From positions 4,482,095 through 4,546,094 of the forward strand of contig CBDCWI010000002.1 of the NCBI GenBank assembly GCA_965223325.1: a stretch of 64,000 bases of DNA. The letters run 5' to 3'. Position numbers and translations under genes: made by a program. Below, piece by piece: positions 27,853 through 38,123 of the stretch (its first letter is position 1; every line of letters begins with the position of its first letter). Origin of the DNA: Candidatus Multivoradales bacterium (lineage in GTDB: Bacteria > Acidobacteriota > Thermoanaerobaculia > Multivoradales > Multivoraceae). A model generated the notes under the pieces. The model searched no databases and was not told where the DNA came from. It saw nothing but the letters and a program-made list of their open reading frames with translations.

Positions 27853-29439
27853 ATGCCGACTCGCTCCCTCCTCTGTGCCATTCTGGTGCTGGCCACGCTC
27901 TCGAGCGGGATCCTGGCCTCCGAACTGCCTACCCTGGAGCCCCTCGTTCTTCTGGCGGACACCAACCCGGGGCCGGCAGATGGCATCGACGACTGGAGGG
28001 ACTTCGTCGTTGGGGGTACCTTGTTCTTCGAGGGCGGTCCGTACCCCAAGTCTTTGTGGAGAACAGACGGTACTTCCGCGGGCACATTCAGACTCACGCC
28101 AACCGGCTGGAACTACATGCATAGCCTGGTTCTCGAGGTCGCAGAGAACCAGGTCTTTTTCGGCGCCATGCCACCCGGCGAGGACGAACTTTCGCGCCTG
28201 TGGGCGACCGATGGGACCCCGGAAGGGACTCACGAGCTTCCTGTGCCGTCTCGGGGACCTCTGCGAGCCTGGTGGGGAAATCGCAGCACCCACAGTTCCA
28301 TCCTCTTCTACGAGCCCGCCGCTTCCGACGGGCCCGATGCATACTGGTCGAGCGACGGCACTCCCGGCGGCACCGCGCGGGTTACAACGCCCGAGCCGTT
28401 GCAGAAACTCTGGGGTCACCAGGTGCTCGGGTCAGAGTTCGTTTTCCTCGGCACACGGGAAGATGAAAGCCGGGTGATCCTTCTGGGAGATGGGCCTTCT
28501 GGCACACGTGTCTTCAGAAACCTGGCTTCCGGCGAAGGGCTGGGCTTCTTGAACCGCTCCAAGGTTCCGCCGTTCTTGTACACCGTTTGCCAGGAGGACG
28601 ACTCCTGTGAGATCCGTCGCACCGATCTCGCAGGCGCTGACGTGTTGATCGGCACGTCGCCTCATCTTTTCCAGGGCCTGGTTGGGAACCGAGCGTTTCT
28701 CGCCTATCGCGGCGAACACATTCTCACGATGCGGACGACTGACATCACGACCGGCGCAACCGAAGTCCTAGCGAAGTGGGATGCCCGCTCCGAGCCCTGG
28801 CATGGTTGGTTGTCGCGCGATCTCATGATTCTTGGAAAAAGGGACCCCGACGACTTCTACGCCATGAAGAGTCTGTATGTATCCGATGGGACCGCTGCAG
28901 GGACCACGCGGATTCTGGAGTGCCGGGAATCACCGTGTCCGTTACCTGCCAACTTTTCGCTCGAAGAAGACGGAACGATCTGGTTCTTGGGAGGCGACTC
29001 CGCTTCGACGGGACGACAGCTCTTCCGGTCGGATGGAACGTTGGAAGGGACAGCAACCGTTACGCCTCCCTGCCCGGAGCCATGCCTAGTCACGAGTCAC
29101 TTTCTCGATACTCACCGAGCGGACGAGTGGCCCTGGTGGTACAGCGGTCGGCGAGTCGTCCTTCACCGACGCACCCTGCCCGAGAACGGGCCCATCGAGG
29201 TCACCGTCTACTACGTTGATCCGGCGGAGGGTGTCGCTCATCTCCTGGGAAGCCTGGAAGTGGCGCCCTACACATGGAGGACTGCCCTTCACTCTCTGGG
29301 CAAGCGATTTGTGGTGTTAGGGCCAACGACTGATTACGGCATAGAGCCCTCTTCCTTTGGCCTCTTCTTTCGGGAGATCTTTCAGGACGGCTTTGAGTCC
29401 GGTGACGTCTTGGGTTGGGTGAGTTCTTCCCAGAACTGA
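27853..29439 (+). CDS. Secreted ELWxxDGT-repeat protein with C-terminal IFxDGFESGD motif (~528 aa)
   Basis: Signal peptide MPTRSLLCAILVLATL; repeats LWRTDGTSAGT, LWATDGTPEGT, YWSSDGTPGGT, LYVSDGTAAGT, LFRSDGTLEGT; ends IFQDGFESGD. Confidence 0.85.
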   Translation: MPTRSLLCAILVLATLSSGILASELPTLEPLVLLADTNPGPADGIDDWRDFVVGGTLFFEGGPYPKSLWRTDGTSAGTFRLTPTGWNYMHSLVLEVAENQVFFGAMPPGEDELSRLWATDGTPEGTHELPVPSRGPLRAWWGNRSTHSSILFYEPAASDGPDAYWSSDGTPGGTARVTTPEPLQKLWGHQVLGSEFVFLGTREDESRVILLGDGPSGTRVFRNLASGEGLGFLNRSKVPPFLYTVCQEDDSCEIRRTDLAGADVLIGTSPHLFQGLVGNRAFLAYRGEHILTMRTTDITTGATEVLAKWDARSEPWHGWLSRDLMILGKRDPDDFYAMKSLYVSDGTAAGTTRILECRESPCPLPANFSLEEDGTIWFLGGDSASTGRQLFRSDGTLEGTATVTPPCPEPCLVTSHFLDTHRADEWPWWYSGRRVVLHRRTLPENGPIEVTVYYVDPAEGVAHLLGSLEVAPYTWRTALHSLGKRFVVLGPTTDYGIEPSSFGLFFREIFQDGFESGDVLGWVSSSQN

Positions 29440-29669
29440 AGAGGAGCCCGACACCGACCCGCGCGAGCCGCTGGAGGCGCGCTCGCGAATGTTGTGAAGC
29501 GTAGTCAAGCGTCGGCGGCGCCCAGGTCCTGAGGCGTGTCGTACCAGCGGTTCTCCGCCGGTCGCTTCCAGCCGTACTCCCGTCTAGCAACGGTTTCTGC
29601 CTCTTCGGTGACGAAGGCGATCAGCGCCTCAACTTTGCCGTCGCCCTCCTGTGAGTCCGCGGCCTCGGC

Positions 29670-31173
29670 GGTCATGTCCTGTCAAGTGGTGTATGACGGT
29701 CACGTGGGATCCTTGTTGTGATCATGCTGAGATGGCCTTGGGTTCCTCGTTGTTTGTTGGTTGATCCATGAGTTCGGCGACTCGCATGAGCGAGTCGAGA
29801 CTTACGTATCGCCTGGCGATGACCCACTCGTCATGCTGTTCAGCGAGCACGGCTCCGACCAGGCGCACGATGGCGTCACGGTTGGGAAAGATGCCAACGA
29901 CGTCGGTTCTCCTGCGGACTTCCTTGTTGAGCCGCTCGAGTGGGTTGTTGGACCAGATCTGTTTCCAGATGGATTTGGGGAAGTCAGCGAAGTTGAGGAT
30001 CTCGGTCTCGGCCTCTTCGAGTAGCTGAGCCGCCTCCGGAAAACGTTCCTCGAGCTGATCGATCACAGCGCGGTGTTGCGCTTTGACCGAGTCGCCATCT
30101 GGCTGGGCAAAGATCGAGCGCACGAGAGTCGCGACGGCACTTTGTGCCGCCTTGGGTACCCGAGCCAAGAGGTTGCACATGAAGTGGGTGCGGCAGCGTT
30201 GCCAGGAGGCGCCGATCAAAGTCGATGCGATGGCGTCCTTGAGACCGGCGTGCGCGTCGGAGACGACGAAGGCCACGCCGCTGAGCCCACGGCTAACCAG
30301 GCTTCGTAGGAAGGCGAGCCAGCCGGCACCGTCCTCGGTGGTGATGACATCCATCCCCAGAACCTCTCGCTTGCCCTCGTGGTTCACGGCGATGGCCTTG
30401 ACCACGGCGACAGGTACGATGCGCCCGCCCTCACGGCACTTCTGCACGTGAGCATCGAGCCACAGGAGACGGTAGGGACCTGTGTCGAGAGGACGATGGC
30501 GGAACTCCTCGACCCGTGCATCCAGCTCCTTGGCGATCTCTGAGACCTGAGACTTCGAAATGCCCTCGATGCCGAGGTTCTTGACCAGCTTCTCAACCTT
30601 TCGAGTCGAAACGCCCAGAACGTAGCTCTCAGCGATGACGGAGAACAGGGCGCGCTCAGCTCGCCGCCGAGGCTCAAGGAGCCACTCGGGGAAGTAGCTG
30701 CCGCGACGCAGCTTGGGAATGGCGAGATCGAGCGTGCCGACTCGGGTGTCCCAGGTTCGGGTCCTGTAGCCGTTGCGTTGGTTGACGCGTTTCTCGGTGC
30801 GCTTGCCATAGGCGGCACCGCACAACGAATCGGCCTCGGCGCTCATGAGCTGCTGGGCCACGAGCTGTACCGCCTGACGCAGAAGGTCGGGCTCTTGCTC
30901 GACGGTGTTGCGGATCGATTCGGGAAGGGTCATGCTGTTGTTGGTCACTGTTGGGATTCCTCCTTGGTTGTTTGGTTTTTGTTCAAACCAAGGATCCCGC
31001 AGTGGCCGTCAAGCCTCAAGTCCCGGCGCGCGGCCTGTGGAATCTGACACCCTGCGGAAATCGCTGCGCGATTTCACGACAGGGTTTGGAAAACGCTTCG
31101 CGTTTACCACAGCTCCCACAGGTTCGACGACGACTACCCTGAGGGCTCGTACACCACTTCTCTGGACACTACT
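29670..31173 (-). mobile_element. IS256-family insertion sequence (1504 bp)
   Basis: Imperfect ~27-bp IRs sharing TGTCC and AAGTGGTGTA; 8-bp target duplication GCCTCGGC at 29662-29669 and 31174-31181. Confidence 0.93.
29722..30948 (-). CDS. IS256-family (mutator-type) transposase (408 aa)
   Basis: RNGYR...TRVG...IPKLR, GVSTRK, WLDA, VSDAHAGL, WQRCRTHF, SNNPLERLNKEVRRR. Confidence 0.97.
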   Translation of the reverse strand: MTNNSMTLPESIRNTVEQEPDLLRQAVQLVAQQLMSAEADSLCGAAYGKRTEKRVNQRNGYRTRTWDTRVGTLDLAIPKLRRGSYFPEWLLEPRRRAERALFSVIAESYVLGVSTRKVEKLVKNLGIEGISKSQVSEIAKELDARVEEFRHRPLDTGPYRLLWLDAHVQKCREGGRIVPVAVVKAIAVNHEGKREVLGMDVITTEDGAGWLAFLRSLVSRGLSGVAFVVSDAHAGLKDAIASTLIGASWQRCRTHFMCNLLARVPKAAQSAVATLVRSIFAQPDGDSVKAQHRAVIDQLEERFPEAAQLLEEAETEILNFADFPKSIWKQIWSNNPLERLNKEVRRRTDVVGIFPNRDAIVRLVGAVLAEQHDEWVIARRYVSLDSLMRVAELMDQPTNNEEPKAISA

Positions 31174-31378
31174 GCCTCGGCTTCAGCCTGTTCGGCGATC
31201 ATCTTGTCGAGCAGCTTGAAGAACGCCTCGACCTTCATGTCTTCCGGCTGTCCCTCGTAGAGCGTTGGCCCGCTCAACGAGGCTTCCAACTGTCTGCGCC
31301 ATCTTGGTTCTGAAGTCGTCGTATGTTCGGATCACTTGAAAACCCTCCTCAACCAACGGGCCCACCTGCTCTTACCCC

Positions 31379-32290
31379 TTAGTCACTTTCGGCGAGGAGT
31401 TCGTCGCGGACTTCCGAAAGCAGCTTGCCCTGGCTGGTTCGCCAGGCGGTCCAGCCGTTGACGGTGCGTCGCTTGCTGCCGCTGGCTTGCATGCAGCGGA
31501 GAGCAGCGAAGGAGGGGGAGTACTCCTGACCCAGGACGGCGATCTGACCTTGCGAGGTGACGGTCCCTTCGTAGAAGGTGCGCTCGCCACCCTGTGGGCG
31601 GTATTTGAAGTGCAGTGTCTGGCCGACGGCCAGTTTCTCGGCTTCGAGCAAGTCGCTCAGAGTGACGCCGTAGTGGACGGGGCCCGGGGCATCGGCCTGG
31701 GTGGCGAAAGTGGGGGCGAACTCTTCGGGTAGTCGATAGATAAGGTTGGAGGGTGCGCCGAACTCGCTGAACTTCTGGATCTCCCACAGGCGCACGTCGG
31801 CTTTGAGCGTCTCTGCCCATTGTTCGAGGTCGGGTTTGATCGTGTCGATCGGAATGGCGACGATCGGTTGGCGCTCGAAGATGCGGCCGATCTCCTGGCG
31901 AAGGTCGATGGACTTGATCCCGAGGTCTCCGATGTTGGCGAGTAGTTCGGGCTCCTTCTTGAAGCTCTCGAAGGCCAGTTCGGCGAGTTGTTGGCGCGAT
32001 TGGGCCGTTGCGCTTGCGGTGAGCTGCTTGGCGACCTGGGGCGCGATGTGTCGCCAGACGCCGTGACGGGCGAGCTCAACCTCGACGAGGTACCAGCTTC
32101 TCGTTTCGAGGTCGACAACGTAGGCGTCTGGAATGGTCCCCGACCCACCCTCGGTTCGAAGTTTGGCCTTGGCCAGTGGCAGCGACCAGGGACCGAAGAT
32201 TCTTTCCGCGTTGTCGAGAACGAGGTCTTCGAGCTCCTGTTCGCTCGCGAACTCGGAGGGTACGAACTCTCTATCACCGAAGAGGAGCAT
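31379..32290 (-). CDS. PD-(D/E)XK nuclease fused to a C-terminal RAMA domain (candidate modification-dependent restriction enzyme, 303 aa)
   Basis: N-terminal EQELED...IPDAY...LVEVEL...HIAPQ; C-terminal TLSDLLEA...YSPSFAA...VNGWTAWR matches the RAMA pattern. Confidence 0.75.
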   Translation of the reverse strand: MLLFGDREFVPSEFASEQELEDLVLDNAERIFGPWSLPLAKAKLRTEGGSGTIPDAYVVDLETRSWYLVEVELARHGVWRHIAPQVAKQLTASATAQSRQQLAELAFESFKKEPELLANIGDLGIKSIDLRQEIGRIFERQPIVAIPIDTIKPDLEQWAETLKADVRLWEIQKFSEFGAPSNLIYRLPEEFAPTFATQADAPGPVHYGVTLSDLLEAEKLAVGQTLHFKYRPQGGERTFYEGTVTSQGQIAVLGQEYSPSFAALRCMQASGSKRRTVNGWTAWRTSQGKLLSEVRDELLAESD

Positions 32291-32728
32291 GAGGTCAGGG
32301 GGGTGGTGTTTCCTGGCGGGGGCGAGGCTTGTGGCGACGGGAGCGACGAGAACGGGCGGAGTCGCTGCGAGGAGGGCGGAGCGCCCTGTCGGTTGAGGTT
32401 CGTGCCTACTCTAGCCTGAGGCTTGGAATGGCTCGGATCGCGCTCGACAGGAAGGGTCGTTTCGCTGAGGGCGGATTGCCGACGCCGCCTGGTCGGCGTC
32501 TTCAGGGTCCTTCGAGCCGAGGGGCGTCTGGGTCGGTTGCTCAGGCCTCGGGTATGTCCGCAGTTCGAAGGCTGGGTGTCGTTTGACGAGGGGCGCTTCT
32601 CGAGCCGTGCCGAAAGGGACTTGTCTCCATCGTTGCCGCCAATCGAGGTGGTGTTGTAGGCCGATTGACAACTTCTGGGCCAGGTGTGGTGTTTCGCTCC
32701 GGCGATTCGGTCGGTCGTGGTCAAGGGC

Positions 32729-33142
32729 TCAGCGCGATAGAACGATCGTGTTGTTCTGGCAGAAACGGCAGCCACGAGTAGGGCTGGTTACGACCGGTGC
32801 GCTCAGTGTGAGTCGGTTGCCGGAGCGGGTACCGGAGAAGTCGCCGACACCCACGCACCCCGGGAAACTAGTTGTGAACGTGCCTCCGAACGAGTCGCCC
32901 GAAACGGTTCCCTCGAAGGAACCCGAAGAGTTCGAGGGCATGGCAAAAGATCCGCTGGCCCGATTTCCGGACTGGCTGATCGCGACAGTAATAGGGATGT
33001 TGCAGGTACCTCCCTCGGGTGAAGTGATGGAACCGGTCCAGGTACCCGTGAGATCGACGGAGGGAGATGTCGGGCTGCTCGAAGAGCCTCCGCAGGCGGT
33101 GAGGAGAAGCAGGCTGGTCAGGGCGATGGGCAGGAAGCGCAT
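32729..33142 (-). CDS. Hypothetical lipoprotein (137 aa)
   Basis: Lipobox LTAC, Ser-rich linker, DLTGTWTG beta-rich domain. Confidence 0.8.
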   Translation of the reverse strand: MRFLPIALTSLLLLTACGGSSSSPTSPSVDLTGTWTGSITSPEGGTCNIPITVAISQSGNRASGSFAMPSNSSGSFEGTVSGDSFGGTFTTSFPGCVGVGDFSGTRSGNRLTLSAPVVTSPTRGCRFCQNNTIVLSR

Positions 33143-33682
33143 TGTGTGAGTCTCCGCAGTCGAGAGCGTCGCACTGGACCCGCCGACAAGCCGGATTCAA
33201 ACCTGTCTTGCGAATAGGGAGCAACGACGCGCGTGAGTGGAATGGGCATTTTACAATAAATAAACTGTATTGACAACTTCGATTGATGCTCCTCCAGCAT
33301 CACAGGGATGAGTGAAATGCACCAAACCGGATTCCCACTCGTCGGAATGATCTCTGCGCCGTTCTCGATCGACGAACTTCAACCGAGCCGTCGTAGGATG
33401 ATCAACGAGATTCGCAAGCCGTCTTTCCGGGTTGGCTGCCAGTTTCCTTCCGACGCTTTCGCCCGCAGATCCCTTTGAACTCCTCGCAGGGGCGACTGCC
33501 CGCTAGAGGCCTCGGGCGGACGCACAGGCTGCTGGTCGACGCAAACCCGTACCTGATGGGTTCGGTTCGGTAGTCGGCGCCGAACTACCCTCTGACAATG
33601 CCCACGTTGACCTCGTCGATGTCCAGCTGGTCCTCGAGAACTAGGGCCTCACGGGGGAACTGTTTCGCACGTTCCTGTTCGT

Positions 33683-33790
33683 GGGCGTTCGAGGAGGCGA
33701 GGGTAGGTGGATGTGTCGTTTCTGACCATGGCGCCGTCGATTTACGCGGAAAATTGACGACGATCTCGTCAAAAACGCGAAATTTGTGGG
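33683..33790 (-). pseudogene. Degenerate remnant of the 5' end and promoter region of the DUF4143 ATPase gene
   Basis: Aligns with 38076-38180 (GGGCGTTCGAGGA.GCGAGGGTAG...TGACCATG...TTTACGCGGAAAATTGACGA...GTCAAAA). Confidence 0.8.
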
Positions 33791-33848
33791 CGTTACCGCT
33801 GTCAGGACGTGATCGCGCGCACCATGAGGCCTCGAGCGGGAACCGAGA

Positions 33849-34562
33849 TCAGGGTTCGGTAGCTGAGGCCTCGACTGAGGATGGTGCGTCGCAGAAGCGG
33901 AGCACGTCCTCGTCGAACGGGCTTTCGCCAGCGCGGACCCGGTCGCCGTAGGTGTGGGCGTCGCCGACAGCCATTGCGTCGAGCGTGAAGAGAGGCCAGA
34001 CGTCAGCACGGAAAGGATTCCCCATGTCGTCGACGAGGTCGGCAATCGGGTAAAGCAAAGGTGTCTTGAGCCACCTGTCCTCAACATAGATGGTCGAGAT
34101 CTCGAAGTGAGTTCCTGGCGGCATGAGGAGGACGAGGCGCCCTTTGAACGGATCGGTGGTCGGTTCTGAGGCCGAGCCGATCTTCAGACCATAGAAGTAG
34201 TCGGAGTGGTGGCGGGGCGTCCCGCCACCGAGTTCGGAGGCCTTGAGGACGCCGCGGTAGAGGCCCATCAATTCGGACTTCGCACCGGGGCTTTCTTCGT
34301 TGGGAAGCACGTCGTTGCTCTCGGCACCGTAGATGTAGGTCGTGGTTTCGAGGCACTGCCCTACGAGCCACGCGAACTCCGGAGCGTGCGTTGCGTCGAT
34401 GATGTTCTTGCGCACGGTCTCGCCCTGGATCTCAGGCGGCGCTGGAGGCTGGCGGCGTTCTCGGAAGCAGCCGCCGACGAGGATCGCCATCACGGTTGCA
34501 ACGAGAACGACGCGCCCAATGCGTAGTGAGCCGATGGCGCTTGAGTTTAGGTGCCTACTCAT
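33849..34562 (-). CDS. Lipoprotein, putative immunity protein, copy 1 (237 aa)
   Basis: Lipobox LVGGC; ATG overlaps the stop of the upstream hydrolase; paralogues at 38242 and 43350. Confidence 0.85.
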   Translation of the reverse strand: MSRHLNSSAIGSLRIGRVVLVATVMAILVGGCFRERRQPPAPPEIQGETVRKNIIDATHAPEFAWLVGQCLETTTYIYGAESNDVLPNEESPGAKSELMGLYRGVLKASELGGGTPRHHSDYFYGLKIGSASEPTTDPFKGRLVLLMPPGTHFEISTIYVEDRWLKTPLLYPIADLVDDMGNPFRADVWPLFTLDAMAVGDAHTYGDRVRAGESPFDEDVLRFCDAPSSVEASATEP

Positions 34563-36432
34563 CACCGCGCCACAACAGTCGCTCGAGAGAGGCGCCCCAG
34601 CGCGTTTGCGTGGTGCCGTCCTCGAGTGCGTTGAGATAGGTCTCCATGCCGTGGGTCGTTTCCCAGTTGCCGTCTTCACCTCGGTCGATGTAGCGGATCG
34701 TGTAGCCGTTGCGTTCGTAGCTGCCGAGCTGTGCCATTCCGGGGAACCCGGCACCGACGAGGTTGGGCACGGTATCGCGGACGTTGACTATAGCGTTGAG
34801 CGAACGAAGGCCGGGTGGATAGCTGTAGGCGGCACCGCCGTAGGAGATCACGTCGATGCGGGCTCGCTCTTCCATCGATAGATAGGAGAGGGCCGCTGAT
34901 CCGAGTGCGGCACCCTGGCTGTGCAGGTGGAGCCGCACGTTTTCTCCGGGGTTGTTTGCCAGTTGATGGCGAATCTGAGAGATCAGCCCTGCGGTGGAGC
35001 GATCGAGCAGGTTGGGCTTGTTGTTGAACTGGGTCGAGAGCATGTCGATCCCCTTGTTCCTCTCGTCGGTTGGGTTGTAGAACGGCAGCACGTTCTCGCC
35101 AGTGGCCTTGTGCACGGTTTCCGCGTTCTCGATCGCGTCCTTCGGCTTGTTCCAGATTCCGTTGACGAAGATGGACGGGTTCGGATCCTTCTCGTCGTCG
35201 CCCTGGATATCCAGGCTCTCGTAGCTCTCATCACCGAACGCGGCCAGTGCGAGTGCTTCCGGCCAGCTGTTCTCTGGGTTCTCAACCTGCCACTCTAGGG
35301 CCTCCCGCTCGAGTGCCTCGATGCGGTGGTCGACTTCCCAGAAGACGTTCTCGATCTTCTCGACATGCCCGTCGATCTCTCGGCCAAAGTCGCGGGCCTG
35401 GTCTGCGAGCCATCCCGGGTAACTGCCGGAGCGGGCGACGTCGCCGAAGTGGTCCACCGCGGCCCCGCTCGCCTTCGAGATCCACTCCCCGTCATTCTCC
35501 CGCCAGGCTTCGGCGCCTTTCTCGAGCGCCAGGTCGCGGCCTTTGTTGGTCCAGAAGCCGACGGTGCCGTCGAGGTTCTCGCTCCAGGCGCCGGCTTCCA
35601 TGGCGGCGGAGAACATCTTGCCCCCTGCCGTGCTGTCGAGGCCGTTCTCCAACCGCTCGATTCCCACGCTGACGCCCTCGTTCCAGAGTTCGTTGCGGTG
35701 TTCCCAGAGCGACTCGCCGACTTTCGCGGTTGCGATGCCGACTTCGAAGCCGATGGAGACGAAGGTCTGTGCGGTGGTTGCCATCGCCTCCTGGATGTAC
35801 TCGCGACCGGCAATCACTTCCGCGACCGGCCGGGTGAGCTCGTCTACGGTGTCGAGCGCCTGGTCGGTCATGGTCGTGACCTTCTCTTCAACCCACTCGC
35901 CACCGCGGACCAGTGCATCTTCGGCGTCGAGGATCTCTTCGGCGGCGCGCTCGGTGACGTCTTCGAGGGCGCCTTCGATGGCTCCGCCCATTCGGTCGAG
36001 TGCGGCGACGGTCTCATTGCGCGCCCCGGTCAGCCGCTCGTTCCAACCCTCGACCAGGTCGTCGAACCCGTGGTCGATGGCGAAGTTGGCGGTGCTTTCG
36101 AGTGCCGAGTCGAAGCCCTCGGAGACAGTCTCTCGCGCTTCCCCGAGCCAATCGCCGAAGGAGGCCAGGAGACCCTTCTGCTGGACGTCGCCTGATGGGG
36201 CGGTATCGGGAGCGTCGAGCGCCCAGGGTAGGGAGAAGTCGTCGGAGCCTTCGTAGGTGTCGCCGGGTAGCCACGGCTCGGCTGGCGGTTTGGGCTGGCT
36301 GGCGTCGAAATCAGGGGCTGGCGGGTCGTTGTTGAACCATCCGCTCACGGTGTTCCAGAAGCCGTTGGTTGTACTGCTCATCCCGGGAGTCTCCGAAAGG
36401 GTCATCTCTTCGGACTGTCCTTCCGGTTTCAC
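34555..36432 (-). CDS. Acidic helical N-domain plus alpha/beta-hydrolase (lipase-like) effector, copy 1 (625 aa)
   Basis: IFVNGIWN, nucleophile elbow HLHSQGA, VRDTVP (Asp), THGM (His); no signal peptide. Confidence 0.82.
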   Translation of the reverse strand: MKPEGQSEEMTLSETPGMSSTTNGFWNTVSGWFNNDPPAPDFDASQPKPPAEPWLPGDTYEGSDDFSLPWALDAPDTAPSGDVQQKGLLASFGDWLGEARETVSEGFDSALESTANFAIDHGFDDLVEGWNERLTGARNETVAALDRMGGAIEGALEDVTERAAEEILDAEDALVRGGEWVEEKVTTMTDQALDTVDELTRPVAEVIAGREYIQEAMATTAQTFVSIGFEVGIATAKVGESLWEHRNELWNEGVSVGIERLENGLDSTAGGKMFSAAMEAGAWSENLDGTVGFWTNKGRDLALEKGAEAWRENDGEWISKASGAAVDHFGDVARSGSYPGWLADQARDFGREIDGHVEKIENVFWEVDHRIEALEREALEWQVENPENSWPEALALAAFGDESYESLDIQGDDEKDPNPSIFVNGIWNKPKDAIENAETVHKATGENVLPFYNPTDERNKGIDMLSTQFNNKPNLLDRSTAGLISQIRHQLANNPGENVRLHLHSQGAALGSAALSYLSMEERARIDVISYGGAAYSYPPGLRSLNAIVNVRDTVPNLVGAGFPGMAQLGSYERNGYTIRYIDRGEDGNWETTHGMETYLNALEDGTTQTRWGASLERLLWRGDE

Positions 36433-36953
36433 CGCCGTGCGTTACAGGTCAGAAGCAGGGGAGAGCCCCCGTGCAGAGTCCATGTACCGGGGTGGTCGGG
36501 CAGGCGGCACTTGGCTGCGGAGTTCGATCGGCCTGTTGAGGACCCCTAACGACCATGGAACAGGACCGACGCCCGGGAAGTCGCCCGGAGCCGCGAGTCG
36601 AGCTCCACTTCCTCTCGGATAGGTGTCGCATCTTGATGCGTTAGATGATCTGCGTGCCAAAGTCTCCAGCATGCGAACCACGATCCAGTTTGAAAGCGAG
36701 AGGATTGGAGGCGGGGCGGAATCTCTACGTCTGTGTTCGTCATGAGAAGAGTCTAGAAAGCTGTCGGGAAGGTTGGTCAAGCGGGTCGTTGCCTCGGGGA
36801 AGGCCGAGTCACGCTCTCGGTAGTTGCTCTGACTGAGCCGGGCTCGGTGTCCTTCCTGGGAGGAGATTTCTAGAGCACCAGGAGCTTTGCTGAAGCTCGA
36901 TTTGGTCAAACCATGGTTGACAAAATCGGTCTTTGATAAAGGCCGCCGTACCG

Positions 36954-38123
36954 TCAGGGCTGCCAGAGGGTTTTCTCGGCCAGCGCTTTCGACAGTTTGA
37001 GCAGCGGCCATACTTCGATGCTGTCGCTCGTTCGGAACGATCTCTCCCCGCCGTAGACCAGGATGCTCCTGGTCAGAGATGGCAGTTCGGAAAGGGCGCG
37101 TAGGCCTTTCAGCATTGTGGTGTTGTAACGCGGTTGTGCTTTGACTTCGATGGCGATGTGCTGCCCCTGGCGCTCCAGCAGGAAGTCGACCTCGAGGGTC
37201 TTCGCTCTTGCGGGCGCCCAGTAGTAGACGTCGTCGTATAGGTCAGAGACTTCGGCGTGGGCCCTGAGAAGGCCGAGGACGTAGCCCTCCAGAAGTGGAC
37301 CTCGCTCTTCATGTGAAAGAGGGCCGCGCCTCTTCTGGACCTGACGGGCCAGGCCGGGGTCGACCCAGTAGAGCTTGGGGTGCTTTCGCTCCCGGGTTCG
37401 AAGCTTCGAGTCGAAGCCTGGGACGGTGGTGGTCAAAAGGGTGTCTTCGAGGATCTCCAGGTACCCGTTCACGGTGCTGCGCGCAGTTCCGGCGTCACGT
37501 GCGATGGCGGAAACGTTGATTGCTTGGCCGTGGAAGGGGCCGGCAACGGGGAGGAATCGTGCGAATGCTGGCAGGTTTCGCACCAGGGCTTCGGCACGAA
37601 TCTCTTCTTTCAGGTACATCTGTACGTAGGCCTCGAGCGCCTCTGCACGATCGGGCGCTTCTGAGATGACGGCGATGGAGCCGTAGCGTAGTGCGTCGTC
37701 GAGATGGAAGTCGTCATCAAGTTCTTCTGGTACGAAGGGGAACATGAGTTTGCGCACTGCTCGGCCCGCCAGCAGGTTGGTACCCGCGGTCTTGAGCCTG
37801 CGCGCGCTCGACCCGAGCAGGGCGAATCGAAGCCCGCGCTCCTCGATCAGCCGATGGACTTCGTTCAAGAGCCCGGGGATGCGCTGGACCTCATCGACCA
37901 CGACCCACGAACCCGAGTCGAGAGTGTTGACCTCTTCGGCGAACAGCGACGGGTTGGCCAGAAGCTCCTGGTAGAGCCCTTCGTTGAGCAGGTCGAACCG
38001 ATGGGCTTTGTCTAGCTGACGGACCCAGGTGCTTTTGCCGACACCTCGGGGGCCGAGCAGGAAGAAGCTTCCTGGCGGGCGTTCGAGGATGCGAGGGTAG
38101 GCTGATTTGTCATTTTTGACCAT
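36954..38123 (-). CDS. AAA_14 ATPase with DUF4143 and C-terminal PD-(D/E)XK-like domain (389 aa)
   Basis: GPRGVGKS, VVDEVQ, LGSS, PKLYWVDPG, EVDFLL...IEVK. Confidence 0.92.
   Translation of the reverse strand: MVKNDKSAYPRILERPPGSFFLLGPRGVGKSTWVRQLDKAHRFDLLNEGLYQELLANPSLFAEEVNTLDSGSWVVVDEVQRIPGLLNEVHRLIEERGLRFALLGSSARRLKTAGTNLLAGRAVRKLMFPFVPEELDDDFHLDDALRYGSIAVISEAPDRAEALEAYVQMYLKEEIRAEALVRNLPAFARFLPVAGPFHGQAINVSAIARDAGTARSTVNGYLEILEDTLLTTTVPGFDSKLRTRERKHPKLYWVDPGLARQVQKRRGPLSHEERGPLLEGYVLGLLRAHAEVSDLYDDVYYWAPARAKTLEVDFLLERQGQHIAIEVKAQPRYNTTMLKGLRALSELPSLTRSILVYGGERSFRTSDSIEVWPLLKLSKALAEKTLWQP

Larger units (their letters stand above)
29505..31238 (-). pseudogene. Small hypothetical gene interrupted by IS256
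   Basis: Removing the IS and one target copy gives the in-frame MKVEAFFKLLDKMIAEQAEAEAADSQEGDGKVEALIAFVTEEAETVARREYGWKRPAENRWYDTPQDLGAADA stop. Confidence 0.55.

Noticed and set aside
33143-33600. AT-rich patch and short ORFs upstream of the small lipoprotein
   Set aside because: Probably promoter DNA; no supportable gene or RNA structure
33849-34754. 301-aa versions of the lipoprotein ORFs (also 43350-44255)
   Set aside because: The extra 64 codons overlap the hydrolase gene; the lipobox position supports starts at 34562 and 44063
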